Of a stretch of 64,000 nt of DNA, positions 62,196-64,000 are shown piece after piece (the first letter of the stretch is position 1; every line of letters begins with the position of its first letter). The notes beneath the pieces were generated by a model, which ran no database searches, was not told the origin of the DNA, and worked only from the letters and a program-made list of their open reading frames with translations. This DNA comes from Waterburya sp. (GTDB lineage Bacteria > Cyanobacteriota > Cyanobacteriia > Cyanobacteriales > Xenococcaceae), in the NCBI GenBank assembly GCA_965217895.1, contig CBDCJV010000002.1, positions 1,792,001 through 1,856,000 on the forward strand, given 5' to 3'. The translations under genes were made by a program, and so were the position numbers.

Positions 62196-63023
62196 TTACT
62201 GTCTTTGTCTAAATACTTCATAAAGGGCGATCGCTGCTGCCACAGAAGCATTAAGACTGGGAGTTTTACCACTTAGAGGAATTGCCACTAGCTGATCGCA
62301 GTTTTTCTCTGTTGATTGACTCAAGCCTTGACCTTCTGAGCCGATAACTAAACCCACAGAGCCACTAAAGTTAGTCTGGTGCAGCATATTATCTGTATCG
62401 GCTGTTGTGCCATAGATCCAAAAGCCAGCATCTTTAAGCTTGATAATTGCTTGGTTCAAGTTTACGACTCTGGCGATCGCCATATTTTCTAATGCCCCTG
62501 CTGCCACCTTCATTACCGTTGAAGTAATACCTGCTGCGCGCCGTTGAGGAATAACTATTCCTTGGACACCTAATGCTTCGGCAGTACGGATAATTGCACC
62601 CAGATTATGAGGATCTTCGATCCCATCGGCAATGACAATTACAGGATCGGGTGTTTTTTTAGCATGGTCAATTAAAGCGGGCAAATCCCAGTAAGAGTAA
62701 GGAGCAACCTGGGCTGCAATGCCCTGATGATTGCCTCCTTGGGTTAACTGAGCTAAACGACGGGAATCTACCTCATCAATAATTGTACCGTTGGCTTTAG
62801 CCTCTTTAACTAAGGGATAAAACTGTCCGTGAGCGAGGAGTTTATCCGTAAGCCAAATTCGATTAATCTGGCGATCGCTTTTTAAGGCAGCCAAAACCGC
62901 ATGACGACCATAAGTTAAATCTATTTCTTCTGCTGGTTGAGTAAAAATCTCAGGAGTATTCTTACTATTAGAGTTAATTTTTGATTGAATTTTTTTCTTT
63001 GGTGGAGACGATTTGGGTTTCAT
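62196..63023 (-). CDS. rlmB: 23S rRNA (G2251) 2'-O-methyltransferase, TrmH/SpoU family
   Basis: [37 protein letters not shown]. Confidence 0.95.
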   Translation of the reverse strand: MKPKSSPPKKKIQSKINSNSKNTPEIFTQPAEEIDLTYGRHAVLAALKSDRQINRIWLTDKLLAHGQFYPLVKEAKANGTIIDEVDSRRLAQLTQGGNHQGIAAQVAPYSYWDLPALIDHAKKTPDPVIVIADGIEDPHNLGAIIRTAEALGVQGIVIPQRRAAGITSTVMKVAAGALENMAIARVVNLNQAIIKLKDAGFWIYGTTADTDNMLHQTNFSGSVGLVIGSEGQGLSQSTEKNCDQLVAIPLSGKTPSLNASVAAAIALYEVFRQRQ

Positions 63024-63057
63024 TATTTAATGCCTGTTACAAAAAAAAGCTGAATAT

Positions 63058-63474
63058 CTATTCTCCACTGTCAACGAAAGCAAAATCCAATTTGGCAAAC
63101 AATTCTTGTAAACGCTGAGGATTAGTTAAATGAAGATAGCCGACTAATGCTTCTAAGCCAGTTGCTTGCTGGTAAACGTGGCGAGATAAACGGCGAGGCT
63201 TGGTTGCACAAGCGTTGCGTCCTCGGCGTAAAATTTCCTTTTCCCCATCAGTTAAATATGGGAGTAAGGAGGATAAATGTATCGCCTGACTTTCGGCTCT
63301 TACTTGGGTGACGACTCGATCATGATAATCAGCCATACGTTTCGGGGGCATTAAGAATCTGGTGCGAACATATAGTTCAAATACAGCATCTCCTACATAC
63401 GCTAGAGCGATCGGCGACAACCGTTCAATTTCCGTCAATTGAATTGTTGTAGTCGAATCTGCCATAACTCCCAA
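63058..63474 (-). CDS. mrnC: Mini-ribonuclease III
   Basis: LAYVGDAVFEL, RRGRNA, YQQATGLEALVGYL; adjacent to rlmB. Confidence 0.92.
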   Translation of the reverse strand: MGVMADSTTTIQLTEIERLSPIALAYVGDAVFELYVRTRFLMPPKRMADYHDRVVTQVRAESQAIHLSSLLPYLTDGEKEILRRGRNACATKPRRLSRHVYQQATGLEALVGYLHLTNPQRLQELFAKLDFAFVDSGE

Positions 63475-63554
63475 TTTTACCTAAGCATGAGCCGTGTCTA
63501 TTGGCGTATTATCGAGTAGTTTATCTTCTGGTAAAAAAGCATCCATCAAGGACG

Positions 63555-63920
63555 TTATTTTTTTAGGCTTTCTAGTGCCTCTTCTACAGAAGGCTGGAGA
63601 GAAAGAAATTTCTCTAAACGAACTAGCTTAACAGTTTGTGTCACCCTAGGGTTAGTAACAACCTGTAAACTACCTCCTATTGTCTGCGCCTTCTTCACGA
63701 GCTGCACCAAAGCTCCCAGCCCAGAACTGTCGATAAAATCAATTTGTGCAAGAACCAAAATTAGGTTTTTTGGCCCCTCGTCTATACAGTTACCAATAAC
63801 CTTACGGAATGCTGGTTCTGAAAAGGCATCGAGTAACCCAGTTAGACGAAATATTTGATAGTTTTCCCTGACTTCGCGGGTGCCTCTTAAGCTTACAGTC
63901 AGGTTTAGCTGCTCAGGAAT
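63555..63920 (-). CDS. STAS-domain anti-sigma factor antagonist, 121 aa, probable ATT start
   Basis: The frame is open from ATT at 63918-63920 (IPEQLNLTVSLRGTREVRENYQIFRLTGLLDAFSEP...FIDSSGLGALV); GAGGAGGAGG SD just upstream; in-frame TAA at 63942-63944. Confidence 0.85.
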   Translation of the reverse strand: MPEQLNLTVSLRGTREVRENYQIFRLTGLLDAFSEPAFRKVIGNCIDEGPKNLILVLAQIDFIDSSGLGALVQLVKKAQTIGGSLQVVTNPRVTQTVKLVRLEKFLSLQPSVEEALESLKK

Positions 63921-64000
63921 AGCCTCCTCCTCAACTTTACCTTATGATTGCTAGCAGTAAGTGCTGTGCCGAATACCGACTTGTAACATTACTTTTAGCT

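Noticed and set aside
1..64000. Very high frequency of GCGATCGC
   Set aside because: This is the well-known cyanobacterial HIP1 octamer; only its position at scar junctions is treated as a finding
1..64000. CRISPR array, reverse transcriptase/retron/DGR, intact transposase or integrase
   Set aside because: I saw no regularly spaced repeat-spacer array and no RT or recombinase motifs. The rlmB relics differ at synonymous sites rather than specifically at adenines, so they are not DGR TR/VR pairs

Overview
AT-rich cyanobacterial chromosomal segment with very frequent HIP1 octamers (GCGATCGC). It is probably Pleurocapsales-like, but that is an inference. The backbone is housekeeping: ispH, ndhAIGE, tRNA-Arg(CCG), dxs, plsY, lnt, sigA, ileS, uvrA, SRP RNA, modA-modBC, pncB, cobQ, rlmB, Mini-III and a STAS protein. 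There is also a small EPS cluster, a general-stress block (group 2 sigma, nblA, GH63, dps, ChaB), a CopRS/NrsRS-like two-component pair beside a copper-storage four-helix bundle, a Yfr2 sRNA, TA genes and many MITE/SDR/heptamer repeats. Main observations: (1) rlmB is followed by two stacked relics of its own 3' end that differ only at synonymous sites and are separated by foreign DNA; one relic starts exactly at a HIP1 site. Similar HIP1-associated relics flank ileS, which suggests integrase-free, gene-end-anchored cassette capture. (2) A Wzc/GumC kinase carries a C-terminal extension resembling the pilus polarity protein HmpF. (3) An att-like copy of the tRNA-Arg 3' half lies in inverted orientation 14.7 kb away. 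(4) An identical 22-bp metal-regulator box occurs at two loci 44 kb apart. (5) A 48-bp palindromic insertion rewrites a protein C-terminus. (6) The STAS gene appears to start at ATT, the SRP RNA has a UGAC loop, and there is a CspA-type gene that is unusual for cyanobacteria. All family assignments come from recognising motifs by eye; no searches were run.
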